Below are positions 9,320-20,917 of a stretch of DNA of 36,737 bases, piece after piece. Positions within the stretch are counted from its first letter, which is position 1; each line of letters starts with the position of its first letter. Source of the DNA: a virus. The stretch is from the UHGV virus genome UHGV-0368393. One strand, 5' to 3'. A model generated the notes under the pieces. The model saw only the letters and a program-made list of their open reading frames with translations, was not told the origin of the DNA and did no database searches. The position numbers and the translations under genes are program-made.

Positions 9320-9720
9320 TGGCAAGAGGAAAGAAAAAATTCCAGATTGAGACGCCGAGAGGCAAGATATCAACTTACACGATTTCCAAGGGAAATTTGA
9401 AAGGAAGGACAATAGCGAGACTCGACTGGAATCCGAACTTTAGACCGAATATGGAATCCGGTTTCGCAAACGCACAGTCTTTTGTTGATTCTGAATGCGT
9501 AAGAAGAATGGCGCCTGAAACACCAAAGAGATCCGGCGTTTTAATTAAATCTGCAACACTTGGAACAGTGATCGGAAGTGGAGAAATTAACCAGATCGCA
9601 CCTTATGCACGTAGACAATATTATGAGCATAAGGAAAAATCACGATGGTTTGAGCGAATGAAAAATCGTCACAAAGACTCTATCCTGAAAGGAGCGGCTA
9701 AGTATGTCAAATCTCATTGA
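9319..9720 (+). CDS. HK97 gp10-like tail-component protein
   Basis: The APETPKRSGVLIKS segment resembles the aP.dTG.Lr.S motif of the HK97 gp10 family. Confidence 0.45.
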   Translation: MARGKKKFQIETPRGKISTYTISKGNLKGRTIARLDWNPNFRPNMESGFANAQSFVDSECVRRMAPETPKRSGVLIKSATLGTVIGSGEINQIAPYARRQYYEHKEKSRWFERMKNRHKDSILKGAAKYVKSH

Positions 9721-10123
9721 CAGCGTCAGATCATATATTCTCACATGTCCGTTTTTAAGTGATGGACGTGTGAACGTGGACTACATTGGAACGGATATGG
9801 GGTACTCTGTTGACCCTCTCCCTTGCGATCCGATCATGCAGAGATACATGGACGGTGGGGCAAAGAAGCAGTTCCAATTCGCATTTACAAGCCAAGAAGA
9901 ATATGACCAAGACGCGCGAATTAACATTGAAAACAGTGGATTCTTCCAGAGCTTCGAAGAGTGGTTGGAACAGCAGAGTTTCAATAATAACCTGCCGGAG
10001 CTTGGAGAAAAGAAGAACCCAATATCAATTGAAACTTTAAACAGCGGTTACTTGTACGATATGAACGGTGAAAACGCAAAGTATCGTATTGAGTGCCGCT
10101 TAATTTATACACAGGAGGTATAA
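9704..10123 (+). CDS. Tail terminator / tail completion protein
   Basis: Last small gene before the major tail protein. Confidence 0.35.
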   Translation: MSNLIDSVRSYILTCPFLSDGRVNVDYIGTDMGYSVDPLPCDPIMQRYMDGGAKKQFQFAFTSQEEYDQDARINIENSGFFQSFEEWLEQQSFNNNLPELGEKKNPISIETLNSGYLYDMNGENAKYRIECRLIYTQEV

Positions 10124-10125
10124 GT

Positions 10126-10650
10126 ATGTCAGGAACAGCACCAAAATTAGTAGGCAGACATTTGCGTGTGGCATTCATGAACACGGATGCAACGGGCAGC
10201 TCTCCGAAATTTGAAAGAATGACCAATTTTACCGCAATGACAAACGGGAAAAATCCAAAAGAGTACTCACGCCAGTACGTGGATGAAAGCACCGAGAGAT
10301 CAGATGTAGTTGGATATGCTCCGGCTACAGAGTACTCTTTTGATATGTATGCAGGGAATCCTGTACATGAGCGAATTGCAAAAATCCATGACGGTGAGAA
10401 AGTTGCGGATGATGCACATGTGGAAGTGGTCACGGTGGATTTTTACAAAAAGAACACGGAAGGTGACAAGTGTTACGCAACAAAGAGAACTTACGCAGTT
10501 ATCCCGGATTCGGACGGAGATGGAACAGACGCATTGGTTTACAATGGATCGCTGAAAGCTGTATCCGATCTTGAGGAAGGATACGTTACGGAAACTGACA
10601 TTACATCCAAGACAGTTACTTACGCCAAGGGAGATTACATGGGGGAGTAG
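10126..10650 (+). CDS. Major tail protein
   Basis: AGGAGG RBS precedes the ATG at 10126. About 175 aa, Thr/Asp-rich, located between the connector and tail-assembly chaperone genes. Confidence 0.6.
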   Translation: MSGTAPKLVGRHLRVAFMNTDATGSSPKFERMTNFTAMTNGKNPKEYSRQYVDESTERSDVVGYAPATEYSFDMYAGNPVHERIAKIHDGEKVADDAHVEVVTVDFYKKNTEGDKCYATKRTYAVIPDSDGDGTDALVYNGSLKAVSDLEEGYVTETDITSKTVTYAKGDYMGE

Positions 10651-10705
10651 CTGCCGCCGATTTTAAGGCGGTAAAAAATACGAGAAAGAATAGGAGAGTG
10701 AGCCA

Positions 10706-11071
10706 ATGAACCAGTGGAAATGGAACGATGTAGAACTTGAAATAGATATGGATGACGTAGAGTTTTTGGAAAGATACGAAAAAGTATTTGAAAGCATTGA
10801 GCCGAGAGAGAAGAACCTTGAAAAGGTTGGGAAGATATCGGAAATAACCAGAGAATATTGTTTGTTGTTTTATGATATTTTTGACGGAATTTTCGGGGAA
10901 GGTACTTCTGAAAAACTTTTTGACGGGAAAATGAATTTGAGAGTTTGCGAAGAGTGCTATGATTCGTTCATTGCTGTATGTGAAAAAGAAATCAATGCCG
11001 TAAATAAGAGACGGAACTCTGTTGTTAGCAAATACACACCGAATAGAGCACAGAGACGGGCGAAGAAATAA
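10706..11071 (+). CDS. Tail assembly chaperone (gpG-like)
   Basis: Acidic 121-aa protein between the major tail and tape measure genes. Confidence 0.5.
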   Translation: MNQWKWNDVELEIDMDDVEFLERYEKVFESIEPREKNLEKVGKISEITREYCLLFYDIFDGIFGEGTSEKLFDGKMNLRVCEECYDSFIAVCEKEINAVNKRRNSVVSKYTPNRAQRRAKK

Positions 11072-11655
11072 TGAACTTTTTTTATGAAGAGTTACCGAGC
11101 ACAGTAAATGTAAGAGGGGAAAATATCAAGGTTATTACGGATTTCCGTGAATACATCAGGCTTTTGGACATGTTGAAAGACCAAGAGCTTGATGCTCTCC
11201 AAAAATTCGCGATCATACAGCAGTATTTTATTGATGATGTAGTTGCAGATGAAGAAGCTATAAGCGCATTGTCCCACTTTATAACGATGGATACAAACTG
11301 TGCAAAGGTTGCGGAGACAGGTGATTGTGAAGAACCGCAAGAAAAGTTGCAAGAAAAGCCGAAGAAAAATTTATTCTCGTACTCCATTGATTATCCATAT
11401 ATATTATCCGGCTTTCTCAGAGATTATGGAATTGATTTAATCGACATTAAATATATGCATTGGTGGAAATTCCGGATGCTTTTTGATGGTTTGTCTGACG
11501 ATACAGAGATTAAACAGCGAATAATGTACCGCAGTGTTGATTTATCGGAAATTAAAGACAAAGAAGAGAAAAAACGAATTAAAAAGATCCAGAAATCAAT
11601 TCAATTGCCATCTGAGAGCCTGACGGATTATGATATCGGAAATGCTTTTATGTGA
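11071..11655 (+). CDS. Tail assembly chaperone (Gp15/gpT-like)
   Basis: TAATG overlap with the upstream chaperone, in the -1 frame. Position supports the call. Confidence 0.5.
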   Translation: MNFFYEELPSTVNVRGENIKVITDFREYIRLLDMLKDQELDALQKFAIIQQYFIDDVVADEEAISALSHFITMDTNCAKVAETGDCEEPQEKLQEKPKKNLFSYSIDYPYILSGFLRDYGIDLIDIKYMHWWKFRMLFDGLSDDTEIKQRIMYRSVDLSEIKDKEEKKRIKKIQKSIQLPSESLTDYDIGNAFM

Positions 11656-11663
11656 GGTGACAG

Positions 11664-11819
11664 ATGAGTTGTAAAATTAAAAAACCATCACTTGAGAGAA
11701 AGTGGTATAAGTGTCCTTTTTGCGGGTGCAAGCTATTGATTTATAACAACAATTCCGTTTGCACCAATGCATTTATCAAGTGCCGGACGTGCAAAAAAGA
11801 AGTAGAGATTAAGATTTAA
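11664..11819 (+). CDS. Small zinc-ribbon protein (51 aa; CPFCGC...C..C...CRTC)
   Basis: ORF with GAGGTG upstream and four CxxC-type cysteine pairs. Too short for the track. Confidence 0.35.
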   Translation: MSCKIKKPSLERKWYKCPFCGCKLLIYNNNSVCTNAFIKCRTCKKEVEIKI

Positions 11820-11870
11820 GCACTTTAAATTGAGCCATTGAGCCTGTGCTATCCATAAAGGAGGGATAGT

Positions 11871-14201
11871 ATGGGTTATGATGGCTCATTAAAATTTAAC
11901 ACAGAAATAAACGAATCCGGATTCAATTCAGGAATTTCCAAACTTGGCAGCGTTGCAAGCGGAGGATTAAAAGTGATTGCCGGATCAGTAGCTGGCGTTG
12001 CTGCAGCATTTGGAGCGGTGTCAAAAATGTCTCTTGATTCCGTTGCGAGTCTTGAGCAGAACATAGGCGGTGTCGAGACGCTGTTTAAAGATAGTGCGCA
12101 GACAGTGATCGATAATGCGAACAATGCGTATAAGACAGCTGGCGTATCTGCAAATAAGTACATGGAGACTGTAACAAGCTTTTCTGCATCACTTTTACAG
12201 GGACTCGGAAACAATACCGCAGAAGCCGCCAGAATAGCAGACATGGCAATGGTAGACATGTCAGACAATGCAAATAAATTTGGTTCCAACATGACGGATA
12301 TCCAAAACGCTTATCAGGGATTTGCGAAGCAGAACTACACAATGTTGGATAACCTGAAACTTGGATATGGTGGAACGCAGACTGAAATGATCCGCTTGAT
12401 TAACGACAGCGGCATTCTCAACGAAAAAATAGAGAATCTTGACAATGTGTCGTTCGACCAGATCATTCAGGCAATCCACAAGATTCAAGAAAATATGGGT
12501 ATTGCCGGAACGACAAGCGAAGAAGCATTGACTACCATAGAGGGTTCTGTGCAATCCGCAAAAGCGGCGTTTGATAACTTTTTGAATGGTTCAAGTTCAC
12601 CTCAGGAGTTGGCAGATGCTGTAAAGTCCGCAGCTGAAAATATAACAAATAATTTGATGCAGATCGTCCCAAGACTTGCAAAAGAACTCCCAGAAGTCGG
12701 AAACCTGTTGATGGAAAGTCTTTCGCAGTCACTTAACTCCGGAAAACTCGGAGAAATGATGCAGATAGGTGGACAAGTCATTTCCAACATAACAACGGGA
12801 ATTATACAAGCATTGCCCGGAATTGTGACTGCATCAGCACAGATTATAAGTTCGTTTGCAGAAAATATCAGCACAAGTATACCGCAACTGTTGTCGTCTG
12901 GGATCCAGATCATACAGGCAATAATAAGCGGTATGATGCAGGTATTGCCGTCTGTCGGCTTGCTTATAACTCAGCTTATTACAACTCTATACGAGCAGAT
13001 AACATCGCAGGGGCCAAGTCTGCTGCAGCAAGGCTATGAATTGTTAAGCAATCTGATTGACGGATTTGTAAAGGCAATTCCAGAAGCGTTGCCGAAAGTG
13101 CTTGATTTTATACAGGGCATCGGAGAAAAACTTGCAGAAGCTGCACCTGTAATGATTCAAAAAGGTTTTGAGTTGCTACAGAAATTGGTCGAGGGAATCG
13201 TAACCGCAATACCGATATTGATTGAGCGAGTCCCAGAGATTATTTCTACATTTGCAAACATTATTAACGACAATTTTCCAACAATTCTTATGAAGGGCGC
13301 GGAATTACTTGGACAGTTGGCACTCGGACTTATCCAGGCAATACCAACTCTGATTGCAAACATTCCGCAGATTATAGCAGCTATTGTTGACACACTGATG
13401 GCATTCCAGTGGCTGAACCTTGGTAAAACCATTATAACCGCACTGGGAAATGGAATTAAGTCTATGGTCGGATTCGTGAAGCAATGCGGGGAAAGTATAT
13501 TGGAAGGAATTAAGACTTCTGTACAGAATTTACCAAATACATTGATGAACATAGGAAGAACTGCAATGTCGGGACTTGGAAATGTTATATCGTCAGCTGT
13601 AGGTTCTCTTAAAGGTGCAGCTTCAAACATTGTAAACGCCATTGTAAGCACGATCTCTTCTATTCCGGGACAGATGGCTTCTATCGGAAGCAATATCGTC
13701 CAGGGATTGTGGAATGGTATTTCGAACATGACAGGATGGATTATTGACAAAATTGGAGGTTTTGCAAGCAGTGTAGTTTCATCCATTAAGGATTTCTTTG
13801 GCATTCATTCCCCGTCCAGAGTTATGCGAGATCAGGTTGGTAAGTACCTTGCGATGGGAGTCGGTGCCGGATACGAAGAGTACATGCCGTACAAAGAGAT
13901 GAAAAAAGTATCCGGTAAGGTGGTGTCTCAGTTGTCTGCATCTGTGAGCGGTATAACGTTATCAGTGCCGGAAAGTGCTGGAAGTCAAACTTACCAGAAA
14001 AGCGTTGGAATCCGGAAGTCTGAAAATAACAACGAGCTACTCTACGCAGTAGATCGTCTATCCAGACTTGCCAACAGACCACTAGAGATTGTTAATAAAA
14101 TTGACTCTGTAGAGACATCCAGAGTACTTGCAACACCAATGGAAAAACAAATAGAAAAGAATTCAAGTTTTCGGAAGATGTTAGGAGGGGATAGAAATTG
14201 A
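11871..14201 (+). CDS. Tail tape measure protein
   Basis: 776 aa, helical and Ala/Gly/Ile-rich with repeats, in the canonical position. Confidence 0.8.
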   Translation: MGYDGSLKFNTEINESGFNSGISKLGSVASGGLKVIAGSVAGVAAAFGAVSKMSLDSVASLEQNIGGVETLFKDSAQTVIDNANNAYKTAGVSANKYMETVTSFSASLLQGLGNNTAEAARIADMAMVDMSDNANKFGSNMTDIQNAYQGFAKQNYTMLDNLKLGYGGTQTEMIRLINDSGILNEKIENLDNVSFDQIIQAIHKIQENMGIAGTTSEEALTTIEGSVQSAKAAFDNFLNGSSSPQELADAVKSAAENITNNLMQIVPRLAKELPEVGNLLMESLSQSLNSGKLGEMMQIGGQVISNITTGIIQALPGIVTASAQIISSFAENISTSIPQLLSSGIQIIQAIISGMMQVLPSVGLLITQLITTLYEQITSQGPSLLQQGYELLSNLIDGFVKAIPEALPKVLDFIQGIGEKLAEAAPVMIQKGFELLQKLVEGIVTAIPILIERVPEIISTFANIINDNFPTILMKGAELLGQLALGLIQAIPTLIANIPQIIAAIVDTLMAFQWLNLGKTIITALGNGIKSMVGFVKQCGESILEGIKTSVQNLPNTLMNIGRTAMSGLGNVISSAVGSLKGAASNIVNAIVSTISSIPGQMASIGSNIVQGLWNGISNMTGWIIDKIGGFASSVVSSIKDFFGIHSPSRVMRDQVGKYLAMGVGAGYEEYMPYKEMKKVSGKVVSQLSASVSGITLSVPESAGSQTYQKSVGIRKSENNNELLYAVDRLSRLANRPLEIVNKIDSVETSRVLATPMEKQIEKNSSFRKMLGGDRN

Positions 14202-15670
14202 GCCTATCAGTAAAATTTGACGATCAGGAACTCGGGCGATACTTAAGTGTATTGTCCGGGTTCTCTCCGTTTAGTGGAGTAAATAGAGAGTCAGGACTTC
14301 TTGACGGAGCAGAAAGTGCAAAAGGAGAGGATTTTGGCTATACAACATATAAATCAAAGACGCTTGAAATGCCATTTGAAATTAAAGGAGACATCTTAGC
14401 AAGCTATGACGCGATTCAGAAAATCCTAAACGTCACAGAGCCGAAAAAACTTGTTTTTGGGAATTATCCAGATCGCTACTTTTATGCGATACCGGACGGA
14501 AACCTTGATGTGACACAGGTTGCGATTTTTGGGAAAGGCACAATCACTTGGCTTATCCCGGATGGGGTAGCGTACTCTGTCGGCGAATTTGAATTTGACG
14601 GTGTACAGCAAGACGGATACCAGACAATTACCATCCAAAACAACGGCACCGAATGGGCAGACGTGGACTATGAGATCACGCACCAACACGAAAACGGATT
14701 TATCGGACTTGTGAGCCAGTATGGAGTGATCCAGCTCGGAAAACAGGAAGAGGCGGACGGAGAGAACTACGAAGCGTCCGAAGAACTGTTTAACGGTTAC
14801 GGCTTGTTTCAAGATGATCATGGCACCTCTTATCAGAATCCGGAAAACACCACACAGGGAACACTCGAAGTCAAGAATGTTGCCGGATATAACGTCATGG
14901 CATTAAAAGGTGGACAATCCACATCCGGGTACTGGAACGGCGGAATGAGAACGCTTACTATCCCGGTGGACAGCGAGGGCAGACGTGGAGCGAAGAACTT
15001 TTACTGTTACACCCAGCACTGGTTCGAGACAGGTTTGATGGGACAGACTGGAGCGCAGACCATTGCATTCCTGACTGGAGATAACAAGGTGATATGCGCC
15101 ATGTCTATTAACAAGAGTGATACGGTTGGCAATACGGCACATGTGGACTGGTTCGCACCACAAAACAAGAAGATCAAGACACTGGATTTCCAGCCGACAG
15201 CTTATGAGGGAAACCCGTTTAATTTAAAGATGGGTGGCGGTCATAATGATTTTTTAAAAGAGGGTGACAAGCTACGGATCTTTTGGTACGGTCAGTATTA
15301 TTACTTTACTATCCCGGAGATTAAAGACATGGTGTGTGAGAAGATACAGGTCTGGATCGGGCAGTGGGGAAGTAGAGATCTTGGAAATCAGCTGGTTACG
15401 CACAATTATTTAAAAAGTATCTGGTTCCGCAAGGATAACGTGGAAAAATACCGAGATGTGCCAAACCGGTATCGTGCCGGAGATGTGGTGTCTATAGATG
15501 GAGAGAGTACAAAGGTCTATGTAAACGGGATGCCGGCAAAAGGAGATGAGATTAATGGATCCAATTATCCAAAAGTTCCACCGGGGACAACGGAAGTCCA
15601 GTTCTGCTATTCTTCCTTTTCATCTCCACCGCCGCATATTAAAGCGAAAATACGGGAGGTATATTTGTAA
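14198..15670 (+). CDS. Distal tail protein (Dit, Sipho_tail family), extended to 490 aa
   Basis: It follows the tape measure with a 4-nt overlap. Length suggests insertion domains. Confidence 0.6.
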   Translation: MSLSVKFDDQELGRYLSVLSGFSPFSGVNRESGLLDGAESAKGEDFGYTTYKSKTLEMPFEIKGDILASYDAIQKILNVTEPKKLVFGNYPDRYFYAIPDGNLDVTQVAIFGKGTITWLIPDGVAYSVGEFEFDGVQQDGYQTITIQNNGTEWADVDYEITHQHENGFIGLVSQYGVIQLGKQEEADGENYEASEELFNGYGLFQDDHGTSYQNPENTTQGTLEVKNVAGYNVMALKGGQSTSGYWNGGMRTLTIPVDSEGRRGAKNFYCYTQHWFETGLMGQTGAQTIAFLTGDNKVICAMSINKSDTVGNTAHVDWFAPQNKKIKTLDFQPTAYEGNPFNLKMGGGHNDFLKEGDKLRIFWYGQYYYFTIPEIKDMVCEKIQVWIGQWGSRDLGNQLVTHNYLKSIWFRKDNVEKYRDVPNRYRAGDVVSIDGESTKVYVNGMPAKGDEINGSNYPKVPPGTTEVQFCYSSFSSPPPHIKAKIREVYL

Positions 15671-18600
15671 TGGATAACATCAGAATTGCGATTTTAAGCG
15701 CAAATAACACGCCAGTAGCGTTTATGGATAATGCACATAAAAAGTCCATGCACTACTGGAATGATGATCTACACGAATACTTACAGGGTACGGCGAATAC
15801 TTACACTTTTACGGTAAATGCAAAGCATCCAGACGCACAGCATATCAAAGCTGGGAATAAGGTGGCATTTACTTACAAGGGGAAATCATACTACTTAAAC
15901 ATTGTAAATACCGATAAAACGGAACAGACGATTACTGCTACGGCATGGTCACTGTCGTTTGAGCTTATTAACGAGGATGCTGGAGAATACAAAGCTGGAA
16001 AAGCCATGAGTTTTGAAGAGTACCTCGCCGTCTTTGATGCTGAGAGAACGCTTAAATTGGGACTCAATGAGGTGTCGGACAAACGGATCACCAACGAATG
16101 GACAGGTACAACGTCCGTATTAAAGAGATTATTCTCCCTGGCTAATGTATTTTCTGCGGAGATCGAGTTTGAGACAGTGCTTAACAGCGATTACTCCTTA
16201 AAAGAGATTGTGCTGAATGTATATCGGAAACACTCCGATACAGACAGCGGAGTCGGAGAATACCGGAATGACATCGTACTGAGGTACGGGAAAGGGATTA
16301 CCGGAATCCGTAAGACCACGGATGCAGAAAAGTTATATACATGCATCCAGCCGACCGGAAAGGACGGTCTGACAATCAATGGTCTTGACAAGAAAGAATA
16401 CGATGAAAACGGGAATATCGAGTACTTTACAGACGGTGCGATCATCCGCGCACCACAGGCAAGGGACCGGTTCCCATCCAACATCGTAAATAAGGCTGAT
16501 GCTTATATCCTGATGCGTAAAGAGTACGATACAGACAGCAAGGACAAGCTCTATAGCATGGCTCTGTCTGATCTTAAAACAGCATCTGAACCGGTGGTGA
16601 CTTACGAGGTGGACGGATATTTTGACACCAACATCGGGGATACGGTAAGGATGCAGGATCAGGAGTGGACACCAGTCCTTTATCTACAGGCAAGAGTATC
16701 AGAACAGATCAGGAGTCTTACCAATCCAAAAACAGCAAAGACGGTATTTACAAACTACAAAGAGCTTACATCCGAAATTTCGGACAGCTTATTACAGAGG
16801 ATGCAAGACCTTATTAATAAAAATAAGGTTTATACTTGCTCTATCTCAACAAACAACGGCATTATCTTTAAAAATGGCATCGGTAGCACTACTCTGACAG
16901 CTTACGCTTACGATAACGGCGTGGATGTGGCAGACAAGCTACAATTCCGATGGAGCAAGGATGGACATGAGTTTTATGTTGGTAAGAGCGTTACGGTAAA
17001 TGCTACTGACGTGGATACAAAGGCGGTGTACTCATTTGAGGCTCTAGAAAATGGGATAAAACGTGGGTATTACGAGGTCACAATCACGGATGTAATGGAT
17101 GGAGAGGATGGAAAAGACGGGGAACAGGGTCCGCAAGGTGAGAAAGGAGAGCAAGGCGAACAGGGACCTCCTGGTCCACAAGGCGCTCCGGGATTGGATG
17201 GTATACAGGGTCCAAAAGGGGATCAAGGAATCCCGGGAAAAGACGGAGTTGACGGAAAAACACAGTACACTCACATTTCTTATGCAAACAGTGCAGACGG
17301 GTCTAAAGATTTTTCTGTATCCGACAGCAATCGGGATTATGTCGGAATGTACGTTGATTTTACGCAAAATGACAGCACAGACCCGAAAAAATACGCGTGG
17401 AGTAAGATCAAAGGTGCGGACGGAGCAAACGGAACACCCGGAAAGCCGGGAGCTGATGGAAAGACCCCGTATTTACATATCGCCTATGCAAACAGTGCTG
17501 ATGGAAAGACAGGGTTTGATGTTTCGAACAGCACTGGGAAGTTTTATATTGGACAGTATACAGATTTTACGCAAGAGGATTCTACAGACCCGACGAAATA
17601 CGCATGGACAAAAATAAAAGGCGAACAGGGGGAACAAGGTCCGCAGGGAGTTCCCGGTCTGCAAGGAGTGCAAGGTCCCAAAGGTGAACAAGGGATACAG
17701 GGTCCCAAAGGAGATACTGGAGCTGCAGGTGTAAACTACTGGAGATCATCAGCAACGATAGACTTATCTGATACTAAAACTTACGATGTAAATAAATGGT
17801 ATCCCGTTGTGGGGAGTCAGCTTCCAACGAGTGTTTATAATCGTATTTTGGTTAATGTGTCTTTAAATAGTGGAACAAAACCATCCTGGAGTACACATGT
17901 TAGCGGATTCTCGGTGAATTTAGATCTGGCTTCCATTGGATCTGGGTGGGGAACTACTTCTGGCGAATGTATTATTTATGCAGACACGTATTCATTCTGT
18001 TCAGTGTCGCCTGCCAGCTATACACAACTGACTTATGGATCAATCCCTGTATTATATTTAAGAGGTGGCGGTAAATATTTTGTAAAGACTGATTTTGTGG
18101 TCAACTGGACGCCTAAGCCAACAGGATATACATGGCAGAATGGAAATTATAAGCAGACAGCACCTGTCTTAGATAGCAGACCTGTACCAAGCGGAACCAA
18201 TATTAAAGGGAAGAGCACCTATTTTCACATCAAGTATTCCGCAGTATCGAATCCAACCACCTCTAACCAGATGACAGAGATACCTAACACATATATTGGT
18301 ACTTACGTAGACTTCACACGGGAAGATAGCACGGATCCAAAGAAATATACCTGGTCACGTTTCCAAGGAGCCCAGGGTCCCCAGGGAACGCAGGGAATTC
18401 CGGGAACAAACGGCACAAACGGCAAGACAAGTTATCTGCACATTAAATATTCCAATGATGGAGGAAAAACGTTTACCGGAAACAGCGGAGAAGATGTGGG
18501 AACGCATATCGGTACTTGTGTGGATTACAATCAGTCCGATCCTGCAAGTGTTGGATCTTATAAGTGGGCGAAGATTAAAGGAGAACAAGGTGCTACAGGA

Positions 18601-20037
18601 CCACAAGGAGCAACGGGACCACAAGGGCCGGCGGGGACATCAGGAAGAGGGATAAAAACCATTACAGAATATTATTTGATTTCTTCCGCAAAAACAGGAA
18701 TTACAACAGCGTCAAGCGGTTGGAGTACATCAGTTCCGACGATGACAGCAACAAATAAATACTTGTGGAACTATGAAAAATTTACGTTTACAGATAATAC
18801 CACAGCGACCACTACGCCAAAAATAATCGGGATATACGGAGACAAAGGAACAACAGGAGCTACTGGTCCGCAAGGACCTCAAGGAAATGCAGGTGCAACA
18901 GGTCCCCAGGGGCCACAAGGAGCGACTGGCCCGAAAGGACCGCAGGGGGCAACTGGTGCAACGGGACCACAAGGGGTAACTGGAAACGGAATAAAGTCTA
19001 TCACGAATTATTATCTTGCAACGGCAAGCGGAAGCGGTGTGTCGGCGTCCACATCAGGATGGACTACAACTGTACAAGCAATAACGGCGTCAAAAAAATA
19101 TCTGTGGAATTATGAAGTTGTTACCTATACAAATGGTAGCACGTATCAATCAGCACCATGTATCATCGGAGTATATGGTGATAAGGGAGCGACAGGTGCT
19201 ACAGGAGCAACAGGACCAAGTGGCATAATTGTATCTTCTACGGCTCCGTCAAATCCTAAAGTTGGCCAGTTATGGCAAACGGCATCCGGTCAGCCGATCA
19301 AGCGGTGGGATGGAAGTAGGTGGGTGATCCATTATATTTCTGTTGATAACTTAAACGCACAGACTTTAAGTGCGATAGCGGCAGATCTTGGAACTGTAAC
19401 TGCCGGACTTATTAAGGATAAGAATGGAACAATGCTTATCGATGTTACATCCGGAAAGATTATTAGCAAGAAAATCGTGCAAGGAGCAGTGGAAAATGTT
19501 GCGTCATTGAGTAATGCGTATTTGGCTTTCTCTGGTAAGGCTCCGACAACAGATCGAGCTACTATGAGCGTGAACTTGCAAAACATCATGTTTACAAATG
19601 AAAATACAAGAAAAGCAACGACAATCCAGTTTGAGGATGAAATGATATATGCAAGAAATTCTGTATCCCCACGTATAAGCATATATGCGTATCGCAATTA
19701 CGATTCCGGCACCGTGAAAGGTCCATATACAAGTACAAACTCCGCTAATAACATCCGTATAGAACTAAAAAGAAGAGGATTTATGGTAACATGCAAGATC
19801 ACAATGCTTGCACAATTTCCAGGAAGTGGCGAATACGGGCCATTCAACGAGGTGAAAATTCCAGTAGGATATCGACCGGTTGTGGATTTCTTTGCTCCCT
19901 ATAGTGAAGTTGTAGGACCTAACATATTTGGAACGGGAAGATACGGCATAGGAAAAGATGGGGGGATCAAGATTTATGTGGAGAATGCCGTATGGACAGA
20001 ACGTCACGCAACGTTCACGTGGATTACAGATGATTGA
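15670..20037 (+). CDS. Tail fibre / host-specificity protein with a prophage-tail N-terminal domain, several collagen-like tracts and duplicated receptor-binding-like modules
   Basis: 1455 aa with several G-X-Y runs. The ~45-aa module Y.HI.Y.NS.DG...F.....YIG.Y.DFT..DSTDP.KY.W..IKG occurs four times. The module GIK[ST]IT.YYL...WNYE...GIYGDKG occurs twice. Confidence 0.8.
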   Translation: MDNIRIAILSANNTPVAFMDNAHKKSMHYWNDDLHEYLQGTANTYTFTVNAKHPDAQHIKAGNKVAFTYKGKSYYLNIVNTDKTEQTITATAWSLSFELINEDAGEYKAGKAMSFEEYLAVFDAERTLKLGLNEVSDKRITNEWTGTTSVLKRLFSLANVFSAEIEFETVLNSDYSLKEIVLNVYRKHSDTDSGVGEYRNDIVLRYGKGITGIRKTTDAEKLYTCIQPTGKDGLTINGLDKKEYDENGNIEYFTDGAIIRAPQARDRFPSNIVNKADAYILMRKEYDTDSKDKLYSMALSDLKTASEPVVTYEVDGYFDTNIGDTVRMQDQEWTPVLYLQARVSEQIRSLTNPKTAKTVFTNYKELTSEISDSLLQRMQDLINKNKVYTCSISTNNGIIFKNGIGSTTLTAYAYDNGVDVADKLQFRWSKDGHEFYVGKSVTVNATDVDTKAVYSFEALENGIKRGYYEVTITDVMDGEDGKDGEQGPQGEKGEQGEQGPPGPQGAPGLDGIQGPKGDQGIPGKDGVDGKTQYTHISYANSADGSKDFSVSDSNRDYVGMYVDFTQNDSTDPKKYAWSKIKGADGANGTPGKPGADGKTPYLHIAYANSADGKTGFDVSNSTGKFYIGQYTDFTQEDSTDPTKYAWTKIKGEQGEQGPQGVPGLQGVQGPKGEQGIQGPKGDTGAAGVNYWRSSATIDLSDTKTYDVNKWYPVVGSQLPTSVYNRILVNVSLNSGTKPSWSTHVSGFSVNLDLASIGSGWGTTSGECIIYADTYSFCSVSPASYTQLTYGSIPVLYLRGGGKYFVKTDFVVNWTPKPTGYTWQNGNYKQTAPVLDSRPVPSGTNIKGKSTYFHIKYSAVSNPTTSNQMTEIPNTYIGTYVDFTREDSTDPKKYTWSRFQGAQGPQGTQGIPGTNGTNGKTSYLHIKYSNDGGKTFTGNSGEDVGTHIGTCVDYNQSDPASVGSYKWAKIKGEQGATGPQGATGPQGPAGTSGRGIKTITEYYLISSAKTGITTASSGWSTSVPTMTATNKYLWNYEKFTFTDNTTATTTPKIIGIYGDKGTTGATGPQGPQGNAGATGPQGPQGATGPKGPQGATGATGPQGVTGNGIKSITNYYLATASGSGVSASTSGWTTTVQAITASKKYLWNYEVVTYTNGSTYQSAPCIIGVYGDKGATGATGATGPSGIIVSSTAPSNPKVGQLWQTASGQPIKRWDGSRWVIHYISVDNLNAQTLSAIAADLGTVTAGLIKDKNGTMLIDVTSGKIISKKIVQGAVENVASLSNAYLAFSGKAPTTDRATMSVNLQNIMFTNENTRKATTIQFEDEMIYARNSVSPRISIYAYRNYDSGTVKGPYTSTNSANNIRIELKRRGFMVTCKITMLAQFPGSGEYGPFNEVKIPVGYRPVVDFFAPYSEVVGPNIFGTGRYGIGKDGGIKIYVENAVWTERHATFTWITDD

Positions 20038-20055
20038 TTAAAGGAGATTATATGG

Positions 20056-20080
20056 AGATTAGGGCAAGACCGTGTTGGTC
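20056..20080 (+). terminator. Rho-independent terminator after the late structural operon
   Basis: AAGACC-GTGTT-GGTCTT followed by ATTTTTAT. Confidence 0.5.
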
Positions 20081-20118
20081 TTATTTTTATACTTAAAACC
20101 AGAAAGGAAAGTGAGGAT

Positions 20119-20571
20119 ATGAAGAAAATGGAACAGTTGGCAAATGTAAAAGCGTTTTTATGCATGGTGTTTGGAGCCATTGTTGGAGGATTTGTAAATC
20201 TGATTGGAGGATGGTCCGAGGATTTGACTACATTACTTATTTTTATGGGAGCAGACTTTGTTCTCGGACTTCTGATCGCTGCCTTTTGGAAAAAGAGCAA
20301 CAAATCAGAGAACGGGGCACTGAGCAGCTACTCTGCATGGAAAGGTCTGTGCAGAAAAGGGGTATCCCTACTGATCGTACTTATTGCATATCGGCTGGAT
20401 GTCACTCTCGGCGTAGACTACATCCGCACAGCCGTAGTACTGGCATTTATAGCAAATGAGGGTATCTCGATTTTGGAAAATGTTGGAATTATGGGTGTGA
20501 AATATCCGGAAGCGTTAAAAAAAGCACTGGATGTTTTAACAAATAAATCACGGGAGCAGGAGGGCGAGTAA
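20119..20571 (+). CDS. Holin (TcdE / phage_holin_4_1-like)
   Basis: 150 aa with three predicted TM helices and a charged C-terminus. AAAGTGAGGAT RBS. Confidence 0.75.
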   Translation: MKKMEQLANVKAFLCMVFGAIVGGFVNLIGGWSEDLTTLLIFMGADFVLGLLIAAFWKKSNKSENGALSSYSAWKGLCRKGVSLLIVLIAYRLDVTLGVDYIRTAVVLAFIANEGISILENVGIMGVKYPEALKKALDVLTNKSREQEGE

Positions 20572-20616
20572 TCGTCCTCTTTTATTGTGCGATTGCACGG
20601 AAAGGAATTAAGAATT

Positions 20617-20883
20617 ATGGGTAGCAGAGAATTTTTAAACATTTGCAAAGCAAAGGTAGCGGATTATTTTAATCAGAATAAAGACAAGACTGATACATCT
20701 GACAACATGACGGTAGATGATGTATTTGTAGTTTGGTATTGCAAAACACTGCAAAATCACAAGGCATTGCTTAGTACGCCAGTAAGTGATGGTATGTATT
20801 ACGAGATCACTTACAATGGGGATAAAAATGAGATCTATTTTGATGCTTATAAAAAGTGGGAAAACATTAAATTTGATATGTAA
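20617..20883 (+). CDS. Hypothetical protein between holin and endolysin
   Basis: An internal ATG at 20617 (MGSREFLN) is preceded by a GGAAAGGA RBS. The RBS lies inside the conserved TTGTGCGA-N-TCGCACGGAAAGGA element. Confidence 0.45.
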   Translation: MGSREFLNICKAKVADYFNQNKDKTDTSDNMTVDDVFVVWYCKTLQNHKALLSTPVSDGMYYEITYNGDKNEIYFDAYKKWENIKFDM

Positions 20884-20917
20884 TTGTGCGACATCGCACG
20901 GAAAGGAGGTGAGAACA

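Noticed and set aside
10706-11655. Programmed -1 frameshift fusing the two tail assembly chaperone ORFs
   Set aside because: The second ORF is in the -1 frame, but it has its own ATG overlapping the stop (TAATG). No X_XXY_YYZ slippery heptamer is correctly phased near the 3' end. The GGGAAAA at 10925 is out of phase and lies about 140 nt upstream.
13157-13804. 215-aa minus-strand ORF inside the tape measure gene, and other antisense ORFs inside structural genes
   Set aside because: These lie antisense within long, well-supported plus-strand genes and lack start context. They are typical shadow ORFs.
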